DNA of 63,987 nt, the filler included, from Reticulomyxa filosa (taxonomy: Eukaryota > Protista > Foraminifera): the NCBI GenBank assembly GCA_000512085.1. It is 17 parts of 17 records of this genome, joined end to end, with 100 filler letters (N's around TTAATTAATTAA, not from the genome) between each part and the next. Parts side by side here need not be neighbours in the genome. Positions count along the whole stretch, not along the records: positions 7,615 to 21,987 come from ASPP01009761.1; positions 22,088 to 27,252 come from ASPP01003906.1; 15 more parts are not named here. One strand, given 5' to 3'. The notes under the pieces were generated by a model. The model was not told where the DNA came from, did no database searches, and worked only from the letters and a program-made list of their open reading frames with translations. This document shows positions 13,252 through 25,425 of the stretch, one piece after another. Position 1 is the first letter of the stretch; every line of letters begins with the position of its first letter. The position numbers and the translations under genes are program-made.

Positions 13252-14175
13252 AAATGTATTAATGTATCAGAAATGTTTGATTGGTTTGGTCTGTTTATTA
13301 TTTTTATTATTGTTTAGTAAACACAAGCCAAATTAACTAAAAACACAACTTCTTTTTTCGACAAATTTCTCCAAGTTTAACAATCTATCACAACATTACC
13401 AATCAACCTTTTTTTGAGGCTTGGCACATCAAATATCCAAATAATCAAGCCATTAAGATAATGCTGTCATGTACTTGTTCTCTTAAAAAATCTGCAAAAA
13501 AAAACAAACTTTAGAATCTCAATGTCACATTTCAATCAACACAAACCAAATAAAGAAACAAAATAACTATAGGTTCAGAGCTATCAGAAAAGCATTAGCA
13601 CTATTTCAAATACAAAAATGGAAAAATATTAAATGAAGAATTCTGCTTCTTCGCTCTCGATGAAATAAAGTGAAATGCAAACGATTCATGTCCCATTATT
13701 TTGGAGTTTTCAACATATCTATCACTTTTCATAAAATTACATAACTTTTAAGTCTTTTTTGTCATAAACTGAGACAAGTAATCTATATGTATATTGTGAT
13801 ACTTCAATTAAAAAATTACTTGTAGTTGCTTATCGATTATAGCTACTTTTGTTATAACTCTATCAAGTTAAGCTGAGACGTTATTTTTCACACTTCTAGT
13901 TATATCTAATTGGAATACAATATATTGCTTTGTTTATTGATCTTCAATTAAATCATAGCGTAATTCAAATGAATTATCAACTTTTTATTGTTTTTAATTT
14001 TTTAAAACAACTTTCCCCGTTGCTAATATACTTTTTTAAAGCAATGTTTTAGCTGACAAGTTCATTATACTCTACAATAACAAAAAAAACTTTCGATATT
14101 GGTAACGGTTGTAAACTAAACAAAAAGGTGCAAATTTTATAAGTGGCACCAAAAGATAATCAAAAAACATCAAAT

Positions 14176-16094
14176 ATGCCTCTAGACGAAAACATCATTT
14201 TGCAATTATGCCGTGGACTTGAGGTTATGAAAACGATTTTAACCTGTCATGTCTGGTATAAGTGTACTTTCTCTGTTCTTCTTTGTTCTTGTGAGTTTCC
14301 AAAATTATCGCAACAAATACAACTCAGCGAAAACGTCATTCCAAAATCAAGTGCGGTAACGGTAAACTGTGCCCACCACGTGTGCAAGTGTGAAAGCTTT
14401 TTTATTTCTGTCAGCATTCTTTTTTTTGCTATCAACATTTGGTTGTTGTGTATTGAAAGATCATGTGCATTGAAAGAACAAGCCACTGGATGCAGTCAAT
14501 GTAAAGTATCATACTGGACAAAGGACATGAAGGATAATGTGTGTATCAATTCGATAATTGAAAATTTTTATTTATTGAGTGAAGGTGTTCGTAGAGCAGC
14601 AGTATTATTTAAAATGGATCCAAAAAGCCTTAACATACCCATCGACACGCCGGAGTTGTCCTTCGGACAAGTGTTAAGCTATTACAATAAAAACAACAGC
14701 AGCAAAGAAGAACAAAATGATAAGCAAGAGAATAATAGTGAAGGAGACATCAATAACGTCACATCCGATAAAAAAATAAACACGGCCAAACGAAAGAGAT
14801 TGGAAGTGGAGGAAACAGTAAACGAGCCGCCAAATGAAGAGGTACAAATTGTTAATTTTTTTTAAAGAAAGAAAAACACCGACAAAATTTGATTTTTGTT
14901 TGTCGACAAACGAAAGTTTCTGGTGCCAAAGAGCAAAAGAAGACGTCAAAATCCTTACAATGGCAACACCTCGGGCGTGTCCTCTATAGCAAATGAAAAA
15001 GAAGCCAGCTTGCCACTCTCGTTAGATTTGGCGAGCACACCATCAAATAATACTCAGAATTTGGACTCTGAGGTTTGACGCTTGTTCTTTTGTACTTCAT
15101 TTTGAGAGACACATACTTGAAATTATGCATAACTTACATCTTCAAATAAACTGAAAATAAACAATAGAAAAAAATATCAAAACCCACGTCCAAAAGAAAA
15201 TCAGAGAAAACAGATGGTGGTGCCATCACTGATGAAAAACGAGAGGTGCTTGAAACTGGACAGCGTGCCCTTGCCACAAATACAAACAAGATAATTACTC
15301 CCAAAATAATCTGTGGAAGCGGCTTGACCACTGAAATGTTTTCCGAAATGAGGAAGAAGGCACAGTCACTCGGTATTGAATTTACTAAAAAATGGGAACA
15401 TGGACATACGGACTTGGTTCTCATTGCACCAGATCCGCGAACAAAAAAACCCCTTTGTGGTTACAAAATACTTGCAAGTATTGTTGCTGGAATACCCATG
15501 GTTTTTCGTCAATGTAATATATGTATACATTTATATTTTTAAAATTATTTCTATTTTTACGTTGATTTTGATAGATTTGGACGACAGTTTTGCCAACGGA
15601 GAAATTATGGATTACAGAAATTACGTGTGCAACTACCGACAAATTCCCAAAGAATATGTTTGTCAAAAATACTTTGATAATATATTGTTTTTACACTTAT
15701 ACCTCTACAGTCAAATGGGTAATACAAAAAAAAGGGTCAAAATTTTTTTAGAAACTTTGAGATCGCGCTTGGCAGCACATCAATACAACAAGAAAAACTT
15801 CAAGTATTATTAGTTTTAGGTGGAGCTAAAGTACTTGAGCTTGAAGAATTTGAAAATTCTCTTGGGAGTGAAGGCGCAAAGCAAACAAGGCTTTTGATTT
15901 GCGATCATTCTACGAAACAGCCAGAAGCTAAAAATTTAGCACATATGTACAACTGTCGTGTCATCTCACAAAAATGGGTAGTTGATAGCATTTATAAAAC
16001 ACGAAATGGCATCGATGAAAGAGAACAGCCCCCTATTACTAAACCATTAAATTTGAATAAATTTGATTTAGAAGAGGGAAGTTGTGAAAATTGA
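14176..16094 (+). CDS. BRCA1/BARD1-like protein: N-terminal RING + tandem BRCT
   Basis: RING across introns: LTCHV..NCAHHVCK..SC..GCSQCKVSYWTKDMKDNVCINSII (compare BARD1 [24 protein letters not shown]). BRCT1: IICGSGL...HTDLVL...GYKILASIVAGIPMV. BRCT2: LLVLGGAKVL...VISQKWVVDSI. Confidence 0.82.
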
Positions 16095-17230
16095 AGTGGG
16101 CAATAGATGGACATTTTGCATATTGTTTTTTATATTTACAAACTGAATTCGTGTATGTTTGTCATGTATTTTCCTTCGTTTCTAAAAAGAATCAGACTTA
16201 TTTTTCCAAAAAAAATTAAAAATTCATGCTCTGCATTTGAGCCATAATATTGAATATTGTTAACAAAAATATCGCTTGAATCAGAGTTTATGGATAAAGC
16301 TTTGTATAAAAATGATCAGAAACATATTCAATTTTTAAAAGTGTCCACAAATTTTGAGTTAAAGCAAAGCGTTATAAAAACACATTTAATTGAGTTGTTG
16401 ATGGCAACCAGACAACCCACGGGCCCATTTCTGTTCTGTCTTTTGCTTATTTGTGCTTTTCATTGAATTAATTTCCTCCACGGATAATGTTATTAATTGG
16501 GATATGAATTAATCGAATGAAAAAACCAATGAAACCCATAACCAAAAATCCAATTGATGTGGCTACCGCTAATTTTTTGAATTCTTTACATACAACAAAA
16601 AAATGTTTTCAAACACATCATCAACAAAAAAAAAAGAAACATATCTACCTTTTAAGTCAGGTTTTGTACATTTGTTTATCAAGTGATAGCTGTCTTTCGC
16701 AAATTTTCGGGCACGAGCAATCCCACCTGTTGTGAGATTAAATGATGGCTATCTTTTTTTTCCCCTGTTTTTGCTAACGCAAAATCGAACACAAACCTTC
16801 AATGGGTTGTTGCCATAAATCAGGCATTTCCTGTTTGTCTTTGTTGGACATTTGGGCAAAAGCTTGTAATTTTGATGTTTTTAGGATTAATCAGATAATT
16901 GAACTTCTTGCTCTCTTTGTGAATCTACCCCCAAGTTTCTTTCGCTACTCTTGTTTAAGCAGATTTTTTGTGCCAGTATTTAACTCACTGATATTTTATT
17001 CAGTAAAATATTTACTTTGAAATTTGCATTTGTTTATCGCTTATGTCTTTTCTTCTCTTTAACAGTGTTATCAAACACAACACCAAAACAACAACCAATT
17101 GACGTTTTACAATCGACAACAAAAAATACTCTTGCAAATATTTGCAATTTTGTTTATTAAAAAAATATCTACAAGTCGTGGGAAATCCAAAAGTTGTTGC
17201 TTGATAAACATTTGGAAAAAATTTTGTGAT

Positions 17231-17470
17231 TCAAAATTCTTAAATTATATCTACACATACTGCAAAATCTAAAATTTATTTGATTTAATAAAGTGTAGAA
17301 AACCATTCAAAAAATTTTTCATTTTTTTGAACTTTAATGTTTTTAAATTTAATATCTGAACAAATTTAACTTCAAAAATTTTTTCATTTTTGAATGGTTT
17401 CTACACTTTATTAAATCAAATAAATTTTAGATTTTGCAGTATGTGTAGATATAATTTAAGAAAATTTTGA
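17231..17470. repeat. Long inverted repeat (about 83-bp arms, about 73-bp loop), MITE/foldback-like
   Basis: 17231-17313 (tcaaaattcttaaattatatctacacatactgcaaaatct...gtgtagaaaaccattcaaaaa) is the reverse complement of 17387-17470, except for two homopolymer-length differences. Confidence 0.93.
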
Positions 17471-17816
17471 AAAATGTTGATTTTTCGTAAATAAACTTGC
17501 AAAGTTTTAGATGATCATTTTTTTGCGGTCGATTATGTATATTATTTAAAGTGAAAAAACAGATCGGTTTACTGTTATTTTTAATGTGTCAATTTGTGAT
17601 ATTTACGAAAAAGACAACAAAAAACAAAAATTGTTCAATTTTAACAAACTACCAGGCATTCAAATACTGTAGGCATTTTTAAAAAGGTCACCTTATGTTC
17701 AATTTGTTTCAGAAAAAAAAAAGGAACCTAGAATTGTTCACAAATTTTGTACACAATAGGTAAAAAAAGATCAAAGCGGAATACAGCTCACATAAATGCT
17801 TTGTAATTAACATCTT

Positions 17817-20205
17817 TTATCTTTGAGGAGGTGGATAAGAAAAATCTTCAAATCCATCAACTCCATCTGAAAGAACTGGAGGAGCAACATTCGAATCCAG
17901 TGGTTTTTGACGTAAAAATGCCGGGTCAAAGTTAGTGACGTCAGTGTCATCAGATTTGATTTTAGGCTTATATGGAGGATCCACATCTTTTGATAATAAT
18001 TTTTCCCAATCTAAATTCTCCCAAAAGGCATGTGCTTGAATTTCTTTAAAATCATCTTTTCCTGATCCAAGTCTTTTTTTGGGTGTTCGATGAAGCAACT
18101 ATTGCATGGAAACACACACGGAAAATGTTTGTTTTTTCGTTCTGTATTCTTTACAATATTAAAGTGCAAACACAACAAGATTGCAGTTGTATAACTTGAA
18201 CAATAAGATCTCTGCAGTTATCAGACAAAGAAGTTGGAACTTGCAATGGCGCCGTTTGGATTTTTGTGTACATTTTATGTACATTTTGATCATAAAAAGG
18301 TGGCATTCCTACACTCAGCTCATACAACAAAATGCCCAAAGTCCACCAATCGACAGGTTTGCCATGTCCGGCATTTGAAATAACTTCAGGTGCTGTATTG
18401 TTGTATTGTTGTATGTTATCTTTGTTGTATTATGTAATATTACAAAAATAAAAAAAGACTTACCTAAATACTCTGGCGTACCACAAAAAGTAGTTGATAC
18501 AGCATCTCCTCCCAACTCTTTGGCCAAACCAAAATCAGTTAAACAAATATGACCACTACTGTCAAGCAAAATATTTTCAGGTTTTAGATCACGATAAACA
18601 ATATCCAAGGAATGCAAATGTCCAAGAGCACATCCGACCTCGGCCACTAAAAATCTTGTTTGGGGTTCACTGAATTTTTTCATTTTTTTCAAATGGAAAA
18701 ATAATTCTCCACCTTTGTAAAAATCTAACACGAAATACAACTTCGATTCTGTTTGGAATGCATAACGTAATTGCATCAAAAAGGGGTGTTGTAACGACAT
18801 TAATATTCGTCGTTCTTCATTTGTGTGATCAACCTATCTTTCAATTTAATGATGAATACACAACACAGTCAATTTATGTATTCACGTCAAGTAAGATGCA
18901 CATTCATGAACAAAGAAAGTATAACTTGTCGCTTTTCAATCAAATATTTTTTTTCAATATTTTCATTGCGTAAACTTGTTTGGTGTCTTTTTTCTTTACT
19001 ATTTTCACATTCGCATATCAATACAGTTTTACACATTTCAAAAAAATTATTGTGTTTCAAACTTACCCAGCATCACTTTTCCAAATGATCCTCGACCTAA
19101 CACTTTCAAGAATTCAAAAGAGTCAGCAGTTACCTATTTTTTGTTTGTTATAAAGGTCACATTAGCAGAAAAGTATGAAAGCATAAAAATGAGAAAAATT
19201 GAACTTTTTGTTGATCTACACTATCATATCCTTTCATTGCAACAGTCTTACGACAATTTTCTTTAGCATCTGCAACTTCTTCGTCAAAGTTTTCAGCAGC
19301 AATAAGATCTAAATATCGTTGATATCGTTGTTCACGGGTCTATTTTGCAAGCAATACAAAATTATTTCAATTTTTTTATTTTGTTTTTTTGGTTTTGTAA
19401 ACTTGGAGTTTTGCTTCATCTTTTGTCAAAGTCTTTTTTTCTAACTCCATTGCTGTCACAGAATTCACTTTTAGTTTTGCGGTATTTTTTGATAACAGTT
19501 CAAATTGCTATCAACAACAGCACATTTTTTAAAAATAAAATGTCGTATATACATACATCATGTACATATACCACATATGTATAACAATATAATTTTTATT
19601 TAAAATGAATGTGTACGTGACACGTAGGCACAATGTTTATATCATGTCACAAACAGATTAATGCCTTCTTCATTTAAAATGTATATTATTTAACTTCAGA
19701 AATAATCTCAATGATGTGATGCTTGCTTTTCTTTTTTTTGTTTAATTAAATTTCTCATTTTTGATTATCTAGTAAAAAAATCTTTTTCTGTACATAGAAG
19801 AAGGCATATACGTAAAACTGTTTTATATCGATAATCATATTCTTCCGGAACGTGAACTGTGAATTCATCACTATCTTTGGCCTCTGAAATCGAGACAATC
19901 TTATCAATATCAATACGCCTTTGACATTTATGGTATTCCTTTGGTTTCAAATTGTACACAGCCTTGTCCGTTATCAACAGCACCCTTTCTTGCTCTTTTC
20001 CACGCTTATTAATTTTTATCAAATTATCGCTGAATATAATCTTTTCCGGGATTGGAAAATTGTTCCCTAACATTTTAGAAAAAAGTTGCTGTCTTTGTTT
20101 CCTTTTCTTGTTGTTGTAATGTAAAAAAGTACCCATTTTTAAAAGCATTTTTTGGCAGCTTGTATTTTTAGCCAAAAGGAGATGATCTTCAGAAGCGGTT
20201 GCCAT
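17817..20205 (-). CDS. AGC Ser/Thr kinase (SGK/Akt/S6K-like) with N-terminal myosin-I TH1 (PH-like) domain, multi-exon
   Basis: Kinase: [40 protein letters not shown], turn region and hydrophobic motif FEDFSY. N-terminus: [33 protein letters not shown]...[12 protein letters not shown]...[13 protein letters not shown], which resembles Myosin_TH1. Confidence 0.92.
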
Positions 20206-20452
20206 TGTGAAATTCTCTTATATTACAATTATAGCGCTCTTTTTCCAAGCAAACCTGAAATAATCCTTGTCCTACCTCCTTGCAACGCTACCTTTTTAAA
20301 TGTTCGGTAACACAAGCGCCCTCATATTCTGCATTCTTTGTAAATCAATGATATAAAAATAAGATTGCGTTGATATAGTTTTGCTTGAAACGTTTTGAAA
20401 CGCTTACTGTTAAGAGAAGCCTGCTTCTTTTGAAAAAACCTAGACAAAGACC

Positions 20453-21500
20453 ATGTTTTCTCTTATGCTTGTTGTCAATTATTTATTTGGCCAATTCAAT
20501 CCAAGTGACACTACAAATTGGAAAATATGGAGTGGACAGCACAGTAAATGGTTCCGTTACAAACTGCGTTTATGGTAGATCGAAGTGCTTTTTACTAGAA
20601 CAAGAGGGAGTGGTTTATTTTACGTGCGTTGTTCCATTTTGACGCGAACAAAACAGGTTGAAATTTTGTCATACAAATGGTGCATGGTATGGTTGGAAAT
20701 CATTGAAATTTCTCAGCGTAAACAGCACGTTTAAAGCACCAATGAGTACTGCAGGTTTTTTGTTTGAGTTGAAGAAAAGTTACTGCAAAAAAGGAGTGTC
20801 AGTTTGCTTTGAAAACAGTTGACGGTATGCAACCCGAATCACGTGTTATATCACGGACTCATCGGCTTACAATTATTCTGTCTATGGAAAAGCTGATGTC
20901 AACGCAAGCACGCTTGATATATCTGTATAAAATTAAACAACTGAATAGCTCCAACTGTACCAACTACACTTAATCTACAATGGAGCAAATATGTTTCAAC
21001 GGAATGGAAATGTTTCTGGCTTGTCGAATCTGCAAAATTACATTGTTGCGCTTTTTTATTATAATGTTCATAACAGCATACAGATATCTGTCCAATTTGA
21101 GCTATTCACACTTGTCTTATGTCTTTTGAAAAGAACCACTTGTGCATTTGTATGACTCCATAGACTGTGACATTTTCATTTGTAACACTGTGGTGGGGTC
21201 CCAAAACAATTGCACACTTTGACTCCAATGGACATTTCCAAGGGACTTTGGGAGATTCCAGTTTTTGTGTCTTTCCAAAAAGACGACATACACGTTGATT
21301 GTGTCATTTCTTCGTTTGGTCTCACTTGCTTTGATTTCAGCGAATAATAAGTATACTGCGCGAATTGCATACTTTATTATAGATGCGTTGTATAACAGCA
21401 ATGTCACGACGTTTTCGTACATTAACAAAGCTATCTTTTCAAGTTTGGTGACTCAATTAGATATTATCTACTTTGTAATATTTGATCGTGTGAGATCATT
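20453..21500 (+). pseudogene. Decayed gene for a probable secreted protein
   Basis: ATG near 20453 then, after a one-base slip in a T-run, FLLCLLSIIYLANS|IQVTLQIGKYGVDST (signal-peptide-like). Coding-like sequence continues through several stops and frameshifts. Confidence 0.35.
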
Positions 21501-22088
21501 TATTGGAAAGGAAAAAAAATAAGCCATTTGATAAACTATCAATATCTGTAGGAAGTTATTTGTGGACAACATCCAATCGCATTGATTTGCTGTTATGTTA
21601 CTTAGAATCAACAATTCATTCAAAATACTTACAAAAAAATAAAATCAAAATTGTATTTGTGTGCAAAGAGCGACAACACAGTGTTTTCACTGGACATGTT
21701 GAATGATAGCTATGACGTTCAAAAAGGAAATTCGACTATATATATGACTCAACACATACATATAAAGTAGATTGCAAAAAAAACTGACATAACTAAATGG
21801 TACTATATGAATAGAATCGATTTTCTCTATGAAAAATAAAGATTTAAACATAATTTTTTTTGAAAAAAAAATAATACTAATATTGTAGTTTTTAAATATT
21901 AAATTGGTTTTATAATAAATTTTTCTGGGTTGATCAAAAATAATGATTTTTAATTTTTAAAAATTTCAAATGAGTTCATATAAGTTGNNNNNNNNNNNNN
22001 NNNNNNNNNNNNNNNNNNNNNNNNNNNNNNNTTAATTAATTAANNNNNNNNNNNNNNNNNNNNNNNNNNNNNNNNNNNNNNNNNNNNA

Positions 22089-22904
22089 GATGGTCGCAAG
22101 ATTGTTTCGGCATCATATGATCACACTGTTCAAATATGGGATGTTGCATCAAGAAAACAGCTTCAAACTTTTAGAGAACATACTGATCGAGTATTTGCTG
22201 CAAGATTTTTACCAGATGGACATGCTGTTGTTTCATGTTCAGATGATGGAACAATTCGATTATGGGATATTGATACAGGAAATGAAGTAATGAAATTTGA
22301 AAATGGTTCCAATAAAATATGGGATGTAAACTTTTCTCCAGATGGAAGGTATATTGTTGCAGGTTTGCAAGATAATACAATACGATTATGGGATGTACAT
22401 TCTGGAATAGAAATAAAACGACTATTAGGACATTCAAGACCTGTATTAAGTACACAATTTTCATCTGATGGTAAAATGATTGTATCATCATCAAATGATA
22501 AAACGATTAGCATGTGGAATGTGGAATCTGGTAAAAGATTGAAACAATTCAAAGGACATTTGGGTGGTGTAATACGTGCAAAATTTTCTCCAGATGGAAA
22601 ATTTATTGTATCTTGCTCATTAGATAATACAATTCGATTATGGGATATTGAAACAGGAACAGAACAGAAAGTACTAAAAGGACATTCAAATCATGTGAAT
22701 GATGTACAATACTTTCCAGACGGTTGTAAAATTATATCGTGTTCAAGTGATAATACAATCGGGTTGTGGAATGCAAAATCAGGAGACAGAATACAAACAT
22801 TAGAAGGACATTCTCAAGCTGTGAGATGTGTGGATGTATCTCAAAATGGAAATACAATTACATCATGTTCTACCGATCGTAAAATTCGAATTTGGGGATT
22901 ATAA
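22089..22904 (+). CDS. Intronless WD40-repeat protein, 5'-truncated by contig edge
   Basis: The frame is open from 22089 (DGRKIVSASYDHTVQIWDV). About 7 regular repeats of the form GH...V..FSPDG..IVS.S.D.TIRLWD. Stop at 22904. Confidence 0.95.
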   Translation, partial: DGRKIVSASYDHTVQIWDVASRKQLQTFREHTDRVFAARFLPDGHAVVSCSDDGTIRLWDIDTGNEVMKFENGSNKIWDVNFSPDGRYIVAGLQDNTIRLWDVHSGIEIKRLLGHSRPVLSTQFSSDGKMIVSSSNDKTISMWNVESGKRLKQFKGHLGGVIRAKFSPDGKFIVSCSLDNTIRLWDIETGTEQKVLKGHSNHVNDVQYFPDGCKIISCSSDNTIGLWNAKSGDRIQTLEGHSQAVRCVDVSQNGNTITSCSTDRKIRIWGL

Positions 22905-23622
22905 GATCGTATAATAAATAAAATCATTTAAAATACAAAAAATGAATACTGAATCTTTTTTTCTTAATGTGCATTTGATATAATTTTTTGAAATTAGACA
23001 TAGTAAACGAAAAATAAATATATTCATCACATCAATACACTTAACATTTAAATATTTTTTTTAGATAAACATATCAAAACATTATTTTATCTCGAGTAGT
23101 TGATAACTTTTTGTTAATCATTCAAAACAGAAGCAATTAACCAAAAGAAATAGAACGAGTTGGGAAAAGTTAGTGATTGGGAGAAAGTTTTTAAATCTTG
23201 TGTCCAGACTAGGGCTTATACTCAAAAATATGATAACCATCAGATGAGATGATAATAAGTTTTCACTAATTTTTTTTCGTGCAATCTTTTCTTATAATTT
23301 CTGTCTATCATCATACCTTTAATGCAATATTAAGTAACAACGAGTCATTTCAACAATTCAGAACCAGGTTTCAACAGTAATTGTTTAACTCAACTAAAAT
23401 GAATATTTTTTAAAATAGGATATTCAAATACAGCTAAGAAAAGAGTTTTTTTACGAAAATTGAAAAGGCTAAAGTGTCGTTTTTTCAAGGGTTTTTTTTG
23501 TGATTGAGTTTATTGATTGTTTATTATTAAAAAACAAAAACAAGTATTCTTTTCAAACCAAAACCACACCAATTATAAACAGCTTTTTGATAAGCTTTGG
23601 AGACTCTTTCTTACAAGGAAAC

Positions 23623-25425
23623 ATGAAGATATTGGTATCATTGAGAAAAATGACACTTGCAGTGATTTTATTCCTTTGTTTAACTCTGGTAAAATTTCCG
23701 CATGAAATGAGATTGGGCAGAAAGGTGTTTGAAAAGAAATGGAAGTGTGACATGGTGGTAGAGTTTGGCAATCCAAGAACAGCAAGTATATTTTTGAATG
23801 GGTTTGCAGGATACTATTGGAACGACACTTTCGATGTAATTTTGGCGAAAGGCAAGCGCCGACCTTCCACAGTGGTGCATTTGCAAAAGCAACAATTTGT
23901 CAAGCACTTTATCTTTTTCTACGGAGACGAATACTGCACTTCGCATTCCGCAAGTGGATTTCCAAGTACTTATATACGCATATACATATATACCATCTTT
24001 TTTGGTCTTGCACACCAAGTGCAAGAGCGACTCCAAATCACAATCTCCGCCTCTGTTTTTTGCTTCCTTGTACACAAACAGATATATGGAGGGAGAAAAA
24101 AGAGCCACTTCTTTTTTTTTTTTGTTTAATGCTCAAGAGAAAGGATTGAAGGGGGAGGAGGAAATTACATGTACAAAAAAAAAATTTGTTTTGCTGTATT
24201 TCGTATGCAATGTAATTATGTGTTTATGTGTGTAAAGATGAGTTACGGAAACAAATACAAGATGAAGGGGAAGAGTATGAATTGGTAGTGTACAATTACT
24301 GGAACACACTCTTTGCCAAGTCTCCGAAGAATACAGAGGAGCCAGTGTATCAGCCTTTGTTTTGGAGACAGGACATTGGAACATATGTTAGTGCACCGCA
24401 AATGTGGCTGACTTGGAATAACAACAATAACAACAATGACAATAATAGTAATAACAATAATAATAATCTTCTGCCCTCCTCTGGATCGAGTACCAGTTTC
24501 AAATTTGCAAAGTTTTTTTTTTCTTTTTTTTTTTTTTTTTATTATCTGTCCATTTTTATTTTTTTTGGAAAAAAAAAAAAAAAGTGAGCGAAAATATTTA
24601 TTCAATGCAATATTCGCGCTGTCGACATTTGACAATCGCAGTGTTGTGCAACGCATAGTGAATGAGATGAGGGCGAAGAGGATGATAAACGAGGGGTCTT
24701 ACTTTGCCCATTTCATTCCACAATGGAATGGATGGAACACGAACAAAGGGTATTTGTCATCGAACGACTATCGGGGGGTGCTCATGAACAGCGTGTTTAC
24801 GATTTCGCCCTCTGGACATAATCCCGAAACGTTCCGCATTTGGGAAGCTATGGGACATGGCTCAATTCCTATCATGGTCATGGACGACTGGCTGTCCCAT
24901 CCTTGTGCTGATGCTTTTTACCCAATCTTTGCCTTCGATTTTCGACATAACAACATGTCCGATGCCTTTTATCACGCCCTTCGCACATTCAATTCCAGCC
25001 AATGGATGCTTGTCGATGCACCGCATGCAGGGACGGCGCAGGCGAGTACTCGCGAGTGGAATGACACCTACGTTGCGATGCGACAGTTGCTGCGCAAATA
25101 TCAAGAAATTATCGTTCGCAAAAAACAAGACAATGCAATATCATTCAATTCGACGACGACGACAATCTTGTTGGATCGACTTGTTGACGATATGGACACA
25201 TTGTTGCAACAACAACATGGACAACAACTTGCCCCTTTCTATCCGGTTGTTGTCTTGAGGCGATGGAAACATTTAAAACCTTTTTTGCTTTTTGCAAAAA
25301 GCGTTAATTGGGACAAGTTCCAATTTCAAATGATGATCTGGTGGCATCGCTTCGTTCAGTTCAAGTTCGATGAAATACTTCAGCGCTTATTCAAAAGTGC
25401 TCCTTTTTGTAAACCTAGACAATGA
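23623..25425 (+). CDS. Exostosin/GT47-related glycosyltransferase, RXYLT1(TMEM5)-like, type II membrane
   Basis: N-terminal hydrophobic anchor TLAVILFLCLTLV. ERKYLFNAIF...YRGVLMNSVFTISPSGHNPETFRIWEAMGHGSIPIMV resembles RXYLT1 ERPYLCNF...[36 protein letters not shown]. Intron 24512-24584 restores the frame. Confidence 0.8.
24417..24467 (+). repeat. AAC/AAT trinucleotide repeat encoding poly-Asn
   Basis: WNNNNNNNDNNSNNNNNNL within a glycosyltransferase exon. Confidence 0.85.

Noticed and set aside
16650-17040. Possible decayed exon on the minus strand
   Set aside because: All frames are interrupted and no motif is recognisable.
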